Assembly (NCBI GenBank): GCA_964016885.1
Contig: OZ024740.1
Span: 73,904,001 to 73,968,000, forward strand
DNA from: Eledone cirrhosa
Taxonomy: Eukaryota
Reading direction: 5' to 3'
Length of the DNA: 64,000 nucleotides
A program made the translations under genes and the position numbers. This document shows positions 51,414 to 63,567 of this stretch, in pieces (the first letter of the stretch is position 1; the number at the start of each line of letters is the position of its first letter). The notes under the pieces are model-generated. The model had not been told where the DNA came from. It searched no databases and was given only the letters and a program-made list of their open reading frames with translations.

Positions 51414-54400
51414 ATGGGGACAGCTGACCTCAACATAAAGTCACCAAACCGTCATTTCTTCATTAAGGACCTAATGTCCGGAAGAGGTTTCCTCGTGGAT
51501 ACAGGAGCCTCCTGTAGTATTTGGCCGGTCCATTGCCTGAAAGATACCCCCATAGAGTCATCTGTTACGCTGCAGGCAGTTAACCACTCGTCTATAAAGA
51601 CGTACGGGCAAATCTCGGTCCCTCTTAAATTCTTAAATCTTCGAAGGGATTTTAAGTGGATTTTTACGGTTGCCGATTTGCCATATCCCATCTTAGGAGC
51701 GGATTTCCTCCACAACTTCTCCTTAACTGTGGACGTCCGTGGCCAACGCCTGGTGGATAACATCACCGGCTTTTCAATTCATGGCCAGGAAACCAATGCT
51801 CCAATAGTCAGCCCCATGTTCTTTATCGCTGCCGCTGGAGACGCCTACCATGCGTTGCTGGGTTCTTTCCCGGAGCTCACGGATGGAAATGTTCGAGTCA
51901 CTGACCCAACACACTCGACCGAACATTTCGTTTCCACCACCGGTGCTCCAGTGTTTTCGCGTCCACGCTGCTTACCGACGGAAAAATTAAAGGCAGCACG
52001 GTCCGAGTTCGACCATATGCTGCAGCTGGGCATTATTCGCCCATCGACGAGTCTTTGGGCTTCACCGTTACACATGGTGTCCGGCGACTGGAGACCCACT
52101 GGCGATTATAGGAGGTTAAATGCCATGACCGTCCCGGATAGGTATCCCATTCCCCATCTCCACGATTTTACATCTTCACTGCAGGGGTGTAAGATTTTTT
52201 CTAAGTTAGATTTAGTGCGAGCCTACCACCAAATTCCGGTCAGGAAGGAGGATATTCCGAAAACGGCGATTACAACCCCTTTCGGATCCTTCGAATTTTT
52301 GACCATGCCTTCCGGACTCAGGAACGCCGCTAGCACTTTTCAGCGGTTCATAGCCGAGGTCACGCGTGGTCTGGACTTCGTTTATGCCTACATAGACGAT
52401 ATTCTTGTCGCTAGTTCCTCTCCGGAAGAGCATATGCGCCACATGCTTCTCTTATTTCGGCGACTTTAGGATTACCGCGTTCGCGTGAATCCTGCAAAGT
52501 GTGTTTTCGGTTCCACTTCCCTACATTTTTTAGGCCACCTCATCGACGCCGAAGGTATTAGGCCGCTCCCTCAGCGAGTTCAAGCCATACAGGAGTTACC
52601 TCCGCCTACTACACTTCACCAGTTGCGTCACTTCTTAGGCCTAATCAATTTCTATAGGCGTTTCATTCCTCATTGTGCTAATTGGCTATCTTCCCTTACT
52701 GACATTTTAAAAAATCGTCGTAAGAAGAATGAAGACATTTCCTTGACACAAGGACAGCTTCAGGACTTCCAGTCTGCCAAGACAGCACTCGCTAGTTCTT
52801 CTTTGCTAGCCCACCCGGTACCAGAGGCCAAGCTTTCGCTTTGTGTTGATGCATCTGATACCGCTGTGGGAGCAGTTTTACAACAGTCTTACGCTGAAAA
52901 CCAACAACCTTTGGCATTTTTCTCGAGGAAGTTGAAACCAGCAGAAACGCGTTATAGCACGTTTGGGCGGGAATTATTAACCATATATCTGTCGGTGAAA
53001 CATTTCTCTCATATTCTTGAGGGGAGAAATTTTACGGTTTTTACCGACCACAAACCGTTGACCTTCGCTTTGAGGGCCAAAGCCGACAGATATTCGCCCA
53101 GAGAGACAAGGCACCTGGACTACGTTTCACAATTTACAAACGATATCCAGCACATTGCCGGCTCGCACAACATAGTTGCAGACGCATTATCACGTTTGCC
53201 AATTAGCTCCATCTCGTCATCCCAGGAGATCGACTTAGGTCGTTTAGCTGCAGACCAACCTGCACTCCAATCGTTGGACACTCTTTCTACTGAATTTGCG
53301 ACTTGCATTTTCAAATATCTGCCCTTTTCCTCCACCGACAGGCAGATTCTATGTGATGTATCTACTGATGCACCACGACCACTTGTTCCTGAGACTCACC
53401 GTCGAATTGTGTTCCTGGCTTTGCACAACATTTCTCATCCAGGATCTGCTGCCACAATTAAACTCATAACAGCCAGATTCTTCTGGCCAAATATGAGGCG
53501 CGACATTGCTGCTTGGTGCCGTTCCTGTATCGCTTGCCAGAAATCGAAGATCCATAGACACATCCGGACTCCACTTGGTACTTTCAGTACTCCAGATGCT
53601 CGGTTTCAACACATCCACATTGACATCGTTGGACCTTGGCCATTCAGCAGTGGATATTCTTACATATTGACGTGTGTCGATCGTTTTTCGCGATGGCCTG
53701 AAGCCATCCCTTTACAAGACATGACTGCTGAGACTGTAGCACGTGCCCTGGTATCAGGGTGGATTACCCGCTTTGGGGTACCAACTACACTCACCACAGA
53801 CCGTGGTAGACAATTCGAGTCCCATCTCTTCTCTGAGCTCACAAAAATAATTGGAGCTCAACCGATTCGGACCACAGCCTATCATCCTGCTTCAAATGGA
53901 ATGGTGGAACGATTCCACCGCCAATTAAAGGCCGCTCTTCGCGCCTATCCAGACTCTCAACGTTGGAGCGAGTACCTTCCTATTGTGTTATTAGGAATTC
54001 GGTCATCAATAAAGGAGGACCTTGGGTTCTCCCCGGCCGAATTAATTTACGGTGCTCCTCTAGCGTTGCCTGCTTTCCTACGTATCCCGTCTGCGTTCTT
54101 ATTTTCAGGACCTGCCGCCGATGGATACGAGGAAGCAAACTGTAAAACCTGCGGTCCCGAGGGATATTGCCTCGTGGACCCATGTGTTCGTAAGGAACGA
54201 TGCTGTGAGACCACCCCTCACACAACCATACTCTGGACCCTACCGTGTGTTAGCACGCACTGACAAACATTTCACTGTAGACGTTAAGGGGTCCAGAGAG
54301 ACAATTTCGGTGGATAGACTGAAAAGGGCACACAATGACGCTCATACACCCGAGCCTCAAATACCCCAATCTTTCTCTCTTGTGCATACACCTGCTCCTT

Positions 54401-54492
54401 CTGCCCCACCTTCACCTACATACAAGATTACGACCCGTTCCGGTCGGAGAGTCCACTGGCCCAAAAAGTTCTGCCAAACTATTTTTATGTGA
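51414..54492 (+). pseudogene. pol: Gypsy pol (PR-RT-RNase H-IN), disrupted
   Basis: [67 protein letters not shown]; in-frame TAG at 52467-69 and a frameshift near 54070-54120. Confidence 0.92.
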
Positions 54493-56067
54493 ACTGGCCA
54501 TTGGAGCCTTATATATATATATATTTTTTGCTGTTCTTGTTATTTATTGATCTATTGTATTACAATGTACCTCTCATTACCATTTCACTGGATGTATATA
54601 TATGTTTTTCGTTTCCTTTACAACGAACATTTTAAGCTATATTCTTCTATTTGCCGGTTTATAAATTTACCACGTAAATTTGCCGTTGAAAACCGCGCAT
54701 TTATTAAGAATGCTTATTTCTCTGGTCGCTGGCCTCTTGACTCTTCCAGGTCAACGCATTCACAACATCAACAACAACAACACAGCTTCATCAACAACCA
54801 AAACCAGCAGAACAAGCCAGACAATTTATTTCTGCAGCACTCTGCCTGTGAGAAATTCCCTTCGGAAGTTGGAAATTCCATGTTATACCACAGACCAGAA
54901 ACCACCTGCATTCATTCTCTGGAACACATTCTTTACTGCTGTCATGTGATTGCACACATGTGAACTGTATTTTAGATATTTGAACTTTTGACCTCTTCTC
55001 TTACTTTTATTACATTGTATCATAATGTTCATGCCTCTTACATGCTCGCCATCTTACTCCATGCATGCTTCTTTCGATTTTTATGTTTTAAAAATCTGGC
55101 GGGGGATAATGTAGCAAGAGTTGCCTCCCTTGTCATGACAATCTCATCACCGCTCTCTAGACAGGAAGTAGCTGGAGTTGCTTCCCTTTGGGATTGACAG
55201 ACTCCTTGTTGGTCACTTCCGGTCACCTCCTATAAAAGGAACAGGTCACCACGATATCTCTCTCTTGCCTCCTGATTTCCGAAGTGGTAACACCTGCGAC
55301 CTTAGCTTGAGATGATTCATTTTTGATAATCCTTCGCTACCAAGAACAATGCAACTTGCAGCCTAAGATACCAGCTAGAAAAGATCTCTTCTTTTCTCTA
55401 CCAACTTCAGCCTGGAGTTGTGACCATCGGGTAACGAATCCTTAATATTTAATACCTTTGACTTCTATGAAGTAAAAACATTATTACAACACACACCGGT
55501 ATTTACTGTCTTTTATAATAATTTTATATGTACACCGGTACTAATCTCCTAAAGACCCTAATAGGGTAAAATAATAGTTTTTATTATTACATGCATATTA
55601 AATTTAAATGTTAAAGGTATAAACACGGTGAAAGGAGTATAGTATGCTAAGGGAGGTAATTACGGTGCAAGTATAAAGTTTACTGTCTAACTTATGACCA
55701 GTACCAGCTATGGAAACAATTTTTTTTATTATTTAAAAGGAATTAACATATGCAGGGTTGGTCAACTCAGTATAGATGAAGCCGTGTTAAGGTGTGAATA
55801 TGATAGACTATTAGTAAAGTCGTTAAAGACTACACACAGGTTTAACTAATGCAAGGGGACACAGGTGCGAATTTGAAGGCCTAGAAAAATAATGTCAATT
55901 TGGATCGAAATTCTAAGTTCATATGATCAATTGTCTAAGAAGTTATTCGGGTTTAGGCAGCAGGTTTGTAAGATTACCCAAAACCCAGTCTGGCCAAGAA
56001 GAAGAATATAGCGGGGTAGGCCAGACTGAATATATGCTGTTCAGCTTCCTGGTGGGAAAACAGTGGG

Positions 56068-56266
56068 TGGATGATGGTGTTATTCCGCGTTGTTTAATGG
56101 TAAGTCTACCGCTGGTAAGTCAGGCCGGGGTGCGGTGTTGAGAGCCTCAGGTATAATACAGATAGACCCCAGCAACTGAATAACCACTATAATACCTGAG
56201 GCTCTCAACACTGCACCCCAGCCTGATTCACTGGCGGTAAACAACGTGGAATAACACCATCATCCA
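56068..56266. repeat. Inverted repeat of about 75-85 bp arms at the junction of an inverted Penelope-like terminal repeat
   Basis: TGGATGATGGTGTTATTCC..GTGTTGAGAGCCTCAGGTAT versus ATACCTGAGGCTCTCAACAC..GGAATAACACCATCATCCA. Confidence 0.9.
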
Positions 56267-56317
56267 TATCTGCCTCCGACGAGCCCTATTGGGCGAAACA
56301 TGTGTAAGAGCTATATA
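56267..56317 (+). ncRNA. Hammerhead copy with U4C core substitution
   Basis: CT-CCGACGA(56276-82)-GCCC-tatt-GGGC-GAAAC-atgt-GTA-AG; reverse-complement homolog of 49608-49660. Confidence 0.6.
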
Positions 56318-56370
56318 AAGATATGTTTTAATGGCTTGTAACTTTCTTTAATTCTTTTGCTTATATATAT

Positions 56371-56580
56371 AAGGTGGTATCAGAAGGTTCCTGGACTAGT
56401 TATGTTTAAAAAATCTAATATATTTACCTAAATTTTAACATCATCTCCTTTGAAATAGTCACCTTGCACAGCAATACACCGGTCCCAACATTCCTGCCAC
56501 TTTTGGAATCTGGGTGTAGGATCTTCTGCGATTTTCTCTGGATCTCTGCAACAATGTGAAATCAGCTACCTTTGAGCTGA
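56371..56580 (-). mobile_element. Mariner-type transposon 3' end remnant
   Basis: Minus strand encodes FQKWQECWDRCIAVQGDYFKG, like the mariner C-terminal W..C....G.YFE motif; terminal GGTGGTATCAGAAGGTTCC next to (TA)n. Confidence 0.65.
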
Positions 56581-56889
56581 ATGTCCTCTCTCAAATACCT
56601 CAAAAGGTTGCATTTGAACTCTGGATCTGGGGGACGAATTATCGATGCACATGGCTCGTAGTCTTCATAAGCCCCTCATCTACTCTGAGATACATCTATA
56701 TACATATATATAGTTTAGTAGTTTCAGCTAGTTATCTCTTCAGAAGAGGTAATTAGCCCAAACCATTGAGTTTGTGGTAGATCATCTACTTTCACTAATA
56801 TACTCACTATGTCTCTTACCATGTATCGTGTACTTTGATTTGTGGTCTTCCCAATCCCAGTACCACAGTCTATCAATATATATAAATAT

Positions 56890-58395
56890 ATATATGCTGA
56901 GATGCTAAAAGCATTGTGAGAAGTAGGAGTTGAATTAGTAACCTGCATAGTCAATCGGGTAATACAGGACAGAGTAATACCCAATGACTAGTCCAGCTGT
57001 ACAATCATAAATTGCTACAAGGGAAAGGGTGATGCTCTAGAAAGGAGCAACTACAGAGGAATAAAACTAATAGACCAAGTAATGAAAGTGACGGAAAGAG
57101 TTATAACACAGCTAATTAGGGAAAGAGTCAAATTAGACATGATGTAGTTTGGTTTTATGCCTGGGAAAAGTACTACAGATGCCCTCATTCTAGTTAGGCA
57201 ACTACAAGAGAAGTTTCTAGCCAAATATAAGCCGCTATATTTAGCTTTTGTTAATCAAGAAAAAGCCTTTGACAGAGTACCTTGATCTATAATCTGGTGG
57301 TCCTTAAGGAAATTATGTGTAGAAGAATGGCTCGTGAGAGCAGTGCAAGCCATGTACAGAGGAGCTGTCAGTAAAGTGAGAATAGGAATTTAGTTTAGTG
57401 AGGAATTCAAGGTACTGGTAGGAATTCATCAAGGTTCAGTTCTTAGTCCACTGCTGTTCATCATAGTTCTCCAGGTCATAGCAGAAGAGTTTAAAATGGA
57501 CTGCCCATGTGAACTTTTCCATGCAGATGATTTGGTCCTTATAGGTGAATCCTTAAAATGACTAGAAAATAAGTTCCAACTATGCAAAAGGAATTTGGAA
57601 TCAAAAGGTCTGAGAGTAAGTTTAGCCAAAACTAAAGTGCTAGTGAGTAGGAAATAAAATAGGACTTTGATTCCTTCAGAGAAGTGGCCCTGCTCAATAT
57701 GTAGAATAGGAGTAAGCTTAAACTCCATACAATATACCCAATGTAAATCTTGATTGGGTACACAAGAGATGTAATGGGATAATGGATAGACTAACAGGAA
57801 AGGAAGAATTTGTATGTATAAGATGCACAGGGGTAATCGAGGGTAAGAGCGCCAGTGACATAAACATTTTCAAGCCACAGAAGAGTCCATAGAAGTGGTT
57901 GCTAGCTTCTGCTATCTAGGTGATTTAATTAGTAGCAGAGGAGGGTGTTATGAGATCATAATAGCTAGAATAAGGATAGAATGGAAGATTAGAGAGTTAG
58001 TCCCACTGTTGACTACAAAAATGTTCTTGCTAGATACAAAAGAACAACTGTGTGTGATGCTGCGTGGTAGTGAAACATGGACTGTGTCAGCAGAGGAAAT
58101 GTGTAGACTGGAGAGAAATGAAGCAACCATGCTTCATTGGATAAGCTGGGTTTAAGAGGAGTCCAAGGTGGTATGCAGGAGAGAAGACTGCGTTGGTATG
58201 AACATGTGATGCATATGGACAATCACTGATGGGGGAAGAAATGCCAGGAAATCCCAGTTGAAGGAAGCTGCTGTAGAGGTAGACCAAGAAAGACTTGGTG
58301 AGAGCTGGAACATGGCAAATGGAGAGATGCTGTGCTGAGAATGACTCCTCCAACCCTTGCAAGCATAGAAAAACAATGATGTTGATGATGATGAT
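56890..58395 (+). mobile_element. Degenerate RTE LINE (RT region, PHD region and tail)
   Basis: CYKGKGDALERSNYRGIKLIDQVMKV, HQGSVLSP, KWPCSICR and FCYLGD, with many stops. Confidence 0.85.
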
Positions 58396-58416
58396 ATATA
58401 CATGCATATATACTGT

Positions 58417-58491
<75 letters not shown>

Positions 58492-58494
<3 letters not shown>

Positions 58495-59798
58495 GGTGCA
58501 GACGATATTTGTTCGCAAGATTACTGTCTAGGAAAAAATAAGACAGTAGTTATATTTTTAAAGATATATTTATCAAACTTGGGTCAGTTTGTCTTCATGA
58601 CTTGTTCTTTCGATCTCACTCGATAAACCCGCCATTAGCTTTGATGACGGCATCAAGGCGGCCTCAGAACCGGCTACAGGCCTTCGTCACTGTCCCCCGA
58701 CTTAGGCCCCTAAAGGCACTTGTGATCCTGGCCTTCAGATCGTCTTTCGTATTGCAGCTAGATCTGTTTGTGTCTCGTTCCACTGTGCCCCACGCAAAGA
58801 AGTCGAGGGGGTTGCAGTCAGGCGAGCTGGGAGGCCAGATGTCAGGTGAAGTGTGGTCGACGAAGTTCTCTGACAGCCAGGCTTGGATCTTTCGACTGGT
58901 ATGGCAGGGCGCTGAGTCTTGCTGCCACATGTACGGCCTACCTGCAGCTACCTGGTCGATCCAGGGCTTTACTACCTCGCTCAGAACGTGGATGTAGCCA
59001 TCGGTGTTATGCTTGAGGCCCTCAGAGAAGAAGTGAAGTGGCATGACGTCACCTTGACTGCTGGCAACACCTAAGACCAATGTTGTCACTGGAAACTTTG
59101 TCTGCATGACTCTGGCCACGTCTTTGGATGAGACAGCAAGCCACCTGCTGTTCTGGGAGTTGATCTTCTGGTCTTGGCAGAAGTTTTTCTCGTCGGAGAA
59201 AAACTACAGCATGTCTGGCTCCAGTGGGTGTTTCAACTTGTTGATCAGCTTCTTTGCATGCTTCAGTCGCTTTTCTTGCATCGCCTTTGACAGAAATTGC
59301 CCTTTCCTCATCTTGTATGGAACATAACGAATGTCTTCATGTACCACCAGCCTAATGAGCTTTTCATCCATGCCTTTCTCCCTTGCAATGGCACGCATCG
59401 ACTTGCTAGGTTCATTGTTGATAATATCCTGAACTTCAGCGACGAACTCGGGCGTTCTGAAGCCGTCAGCTTGTCGATCATGTGTTTTCCTCTCTGATGT
59501 TGCTTCATAGTCGAATCCTAAATCTTCCAATTTCTTTCTGACCTTTTCCACCATTCTCCTGCTGACGCTGAGAAAGTCTGAAATTTCCTTATTTGTCCTC
59601 CCGGCGCGGATTCCAAGAAGAACTCCGTGTCTCTTCCACAAATTTGGAGGTTCAAAATTATTCATAATCAATTATTCTGAAAATAAATAATGGAAATATC
59701 GTCACTGTTTTTATGAAGACAAGAGTGACAACGGGAGTAAAAAAAATTTGCATAAAATTAGCAGTTGAAAATTGCGAACAAATATCTTTCACACCCTG
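58492..59798 (-). mobile_element. Full-length maT-type (DD37D) Tc1/mariner transposon with two nonsense codons
   Basis: 27-bp imperfect TIRs CAGGGTG..GATATTTGTTCGCAA, TA flanks; one frame 59665 to 58616 with FSDEK, QQDSAP and, 37 residues later, NPLD; stops at 59204 and 58664. Confidence 0.93.
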
Positions 59799-60001
59799 TA
59801 TATATATATAACCCATGCTAGCGTGGAAGATAGACGTTAAACAGTGATGATGATGATATAAACAAATTCACTCGAAAATAGTTTTGAGGCGCGAATGTAT
59901 TAGTGTTCTCAGGGAAATTGGAAAACCCGGCGTATGGGTGTTAAGTAAAATATTAACTTGAAGGACAGAGATCCTATATATATTTATATATATATATATA
60001 T

Positions 60002-60865
60002 CATCATCATCATCACCGTTTTACGTCCGTTCTTCCACGTTAGCATGGGTTAGACGGGTTGTCCTGTTGTGGGCAGTAGCCGGTCAGCTGACCATGCCTT
60101 GCTCATACAGGAACTGATTCTGGCTTGATCTCTACAGCTGGATGCCCTTCCTAACACCAACCTCATTTACAGTGAGTGCTGGGTGCTTTTTTTTTCGTGG
60201 CGCCTATATGTCCACTTTACAGTGTGGGCTGAGTGCTTTTTTGCCGTGCCTTTTTTGTCGTACCTTTTGCAAAGCATAAATGAATTGAGAGAGAGACTGA
60301 GCATAAGAGGAATCAAATGCTGTGTGTAGGAGAGGCGGTTGCGTTGGTATGGACATGTAATGCGTATGAAGGATGACAGCTGCATAAAAAGTTGCAGAGC
60401 ACTAGAAGTCGATGGAAACCGCGGAGTGGGGAGACCCAAGATGACCTGGGATGAGGTGATAAAAGCCGACCTTACCCAATTACACCTCTCAAAGGCGATG
60501 ACACACGACCGTGACCTCTGGCGTCACGCAGTAATACAGAGTACCCGACCCCCCATGGGTACAAGCTGAAGCATATAGACAATATGCCCCCCCCCCCCCA
60601 CTGCAAGGTGGTCGTGGAGGTGCCACGGCAAAAAAAGCACCCAGCCCACACTGTAAAGTGGACGTGAGGCGTCACGAAAAAGCACCCAGCACTCACTGTA
60701 AATGAGGTTGGTGTTAGGAAGGGCATCCAGCTGTAGAAATCAAGCCAAATGAGTTCCTGTATGAGCAAGGCATGGTCAGCCGACCAGACACTGCCCACAA
60801 CAGGACAACCCGTCTAACCCAGGCTAGCGTGGACGAACGGACGTAAAACGGTGATGATGATATAT
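60002..60865. mobile_element. Head-to-head pair of RTE/SINE 3' ends (minus 60002-60250; plus 60268-60865)
   Basis: About 250 bp of the tail is present in both orientations; the plus copy encodes RWYGHVMRM..GRPKMTW. Confidence 0.8.
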
Positions 60866-61362
60866 GATGATGATGATATATGATGATGATGATGATGATA
60901 TATATATATAATTACAATTCAGGCATAGTTGTATACAGATATGTATTAGAATTTCGTATTTCAGAAGAAATACGTTATGTTTATAATAAACATTTAGAGA
61001 GCCATAGCTATGCCAAAAAAACCAGCGACTAACGGCGTCTGGTGGTCTCCAGCAGATATATATATAAACAAAATTTGTTTTTGCTCTTAACGTGGTGGAT
61101 ACCTAAGTGTATTCGTGAATGAATAACAATGATATTACAATAATATCATAATATTATTAATATTCAGTTTGCAAACTGCCTCATAAAACACCATGTGGTC
61201 GATGAACATCTTCAGCTTTTTATTCGAGTGGTAGCTGAGAGAAAACAATCAACAATATTGTTTTGCAGTGTATTCTCTTGTCTGCCATCCCCTGAACTAT
61301 TGAGAATACATAGTATTCTCAAATATATACCCTAAAAATCTTTACCCTACCCTACCTTTTAT

Positions 61363-61393
<31 letters not shown>

Positions 61394-61904
61394 CATACAT
61401 ACATATATATATATATTACCTTCTTTCTCAATTTCAAAATGCCCTGTTCACACTGGTCATTTTTACTGTTATCAATTTTACAAACTACACCATGTTGGCT
61501 ATTAGACCTCTCCCTTAACCCATCACATTTCATTATCTCTCTCTCATTCATTCATTCCGGTTTATTTTATTGCTGTTTATTCCTAAATCTCCTATGATGA
61601 TAATATACGTGTGCTGGCTGCCTATCTCTCTCACAATTTCCCTGCCATCCACCTCCACTCACCACCATAGGCTATTCGACCAATCAAACCTCAACCCATT
61701 ATCAGCCCCAACAAACACTACTACTACTACTGCCCTACTAGCCCTTACCAGCCCCAACAAACTCTGTCATTACTACTACTACTGTCCTTCTAGCCCTGCA
61801 CTAAATAATAATAACTCCTTACTGCTATCTATGGATGAGCTGGGGATAAATGGAACAATCCCGAATTAATAAATGAATATGAATCCACAAGCTACCAAAC
61901 ACCC

Positions 61905-63567
61905 ATGCAAAGCTTCAATCCAGAGACAGGTGGCATACACACACCCCGCAAAAATTCACCCCATCGTACGAGTGATGGCAAATGCCCAAAACTCCGAGTT
62001 GGAACCAGCAATGTAAGCACAATGAAAGGAAGAGCAGGAGAAATTGTAAAGATGCTAGAGCGAAAGGAAATTGATGTATGCTGTGTGCAAGAGACTAGAT
62101 GGAGAGGAGAGTTTGCTAGAGTCCTCGTAGGTAAAAGTCAATGCTTCAAATTTTTCTGGGTGGGAAATGACAATGGGATGGGAGGGGTAGGAATACTATT
62201 AGTTGACAAATGGGTTGATAAGGTAATCTCACAGAACAGGGTGAATGCAAGAATCATTAAACTCAGACTAGTCCTGAATAAAACAATTACCACAATAATA
62301 TCAGCTTACGTACCCCAATCAGGGTTGCCAGACGAACTTAAGGATAGATTTTACGAGTCCCTAATGCACACTACTGCCCTAACAAACGACAATGACTTCC
62401 TAATCATTGCAGGAGATTTCAACGGACACGTTGGTAAACACTGTGATGGCTACTATAGAGTCCATGGAGGCCACAGGTTTGGCACAAGAAATGAAGAAGG
62501 CTTCAGGCTTCTGGAATTCTGTGACGCCAATGACATGTTGATATGTAACACAAACTTCAAAAAACCCGACAACCATCTGACCAGGGAGCATTCTAGTCAG
62601 ATAGATTTTATCATCATCAGAGGGTGTGATAGATGGACGGTTGTAAACACAAAAGCCTTCCCTGGTGAGGAATGAACATAACTTCGTTGTGAAAACTAGC
62701 TGTCAAAACTAGACGAACTTGGAAACAGAGGGCAACCTGGAGAAGAAAGATCTGGAAGCTGAAAGACCCCTCAATCAGTAACAGGTTTAAAGATATTCTA
62801 CTCGACACCTATGACAGTAAAGAAGAACAGATAGAGACATTCAATGTAGAAGAGCACTGGGAGTTCCTAAAAAATAACTTACTAAAGGCAACAGACGAGA
62901 TCTGTGGTTGGAGCAAGTCCATAGGGAGGAGGAGAGTGACTTGGTGGTGGAACAATAAGGTAGATGAGGCAGTTAAGGCTAAGAGACAGGCATGGAAAGA
63001 ATGGAAGAACGGGAGTAGCAGGGTACATTACATAGAGACCAGGAGGGAAGCTAGGCGACAAGTATACTTAGCTAGGAGGGAAGCAGAGGATAGAAAATTC
63101 AAGCATGTTTTGCAACATGAGGATCAGAAACAGGAGGTGTTCAAGATTGCGAGGCAGTGTGTCAGAGAGAATTGTGATGTCATTGGAGAGAAGTGTATCC
63201 GGAATGATAATGGTGAGCTTGCCCTCACAAGTGCCGAGAAGAAAGCTGCGTGGAAGAAACATTATGAAAGATTACTAAACAAGGAGAATGCATGGGAAAA
63301 AGAGACCCTACCCCAAGTGGACCCTATAGAGGGGCCAGCAGTACAAGTCAGCAGCAGCGTAGTAAGTAAGGCAATCAAAGATATGAAGACAGGGAAGGCA
63401 ACTGGTCCATTGGGAATAGCTGCCGAGATGCTGAAGGCATCTGGGTTGGTAGGTCACACCATAACCACACAAATTGTTAACCAGGTAATACTAGAGGGTA
63501 TCATACCAAAAGATTGGTGCAGCAGCATCATTGTCAACTGCTACAAAGGTAAAGGTGATGCACTAAA
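61905..63567 (+). mobile_element. RTE LINE 5' part (APE endonuclease and linker), 3'-truncated
   Basis: VGTSNV, CVQETRW, GVGIL, SAYVPQ, AGDFNGHVG, SQIDF, then TWWWN..NCYKGKGDAL, broken at 63567. Confidence 0.88.

Larger units (their letters stand above)
49687..55552 (+). mobile_element. Full-length Ty3/Gypsy LTR retrotransposon (LTRs 49687-50129 and 55110-55552)
   Basis: 443-bp LTRs with one visible mismatch; AGACC on both flanks (49682-86, 55553-57); PBS 50132-50150; PPT GGCGGGGGATAA; domain order gag-PR-RT-RH-IN. Confidence 0.97.

Noticed and set aside
52467-52469. In-frame TAG in pol as programmed readthrough
   Set aside because: It falls mid-RT rather than at the gag-pol boundary, and the element has several other lesions; a mutation is more likely.
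54547-54963. 138-aa ORF between integrase and the 3' LTR as a possible env
   Set aside because: Short, low complexity, starts at a non-ATG codon, and has no recognisable envelope features.
61183-61225. Minus-strand CTGAAGA..CGACCACATGGT hammerhead-like match
   Set aside because: GAAA is absent and stem II is only about 2 bp.
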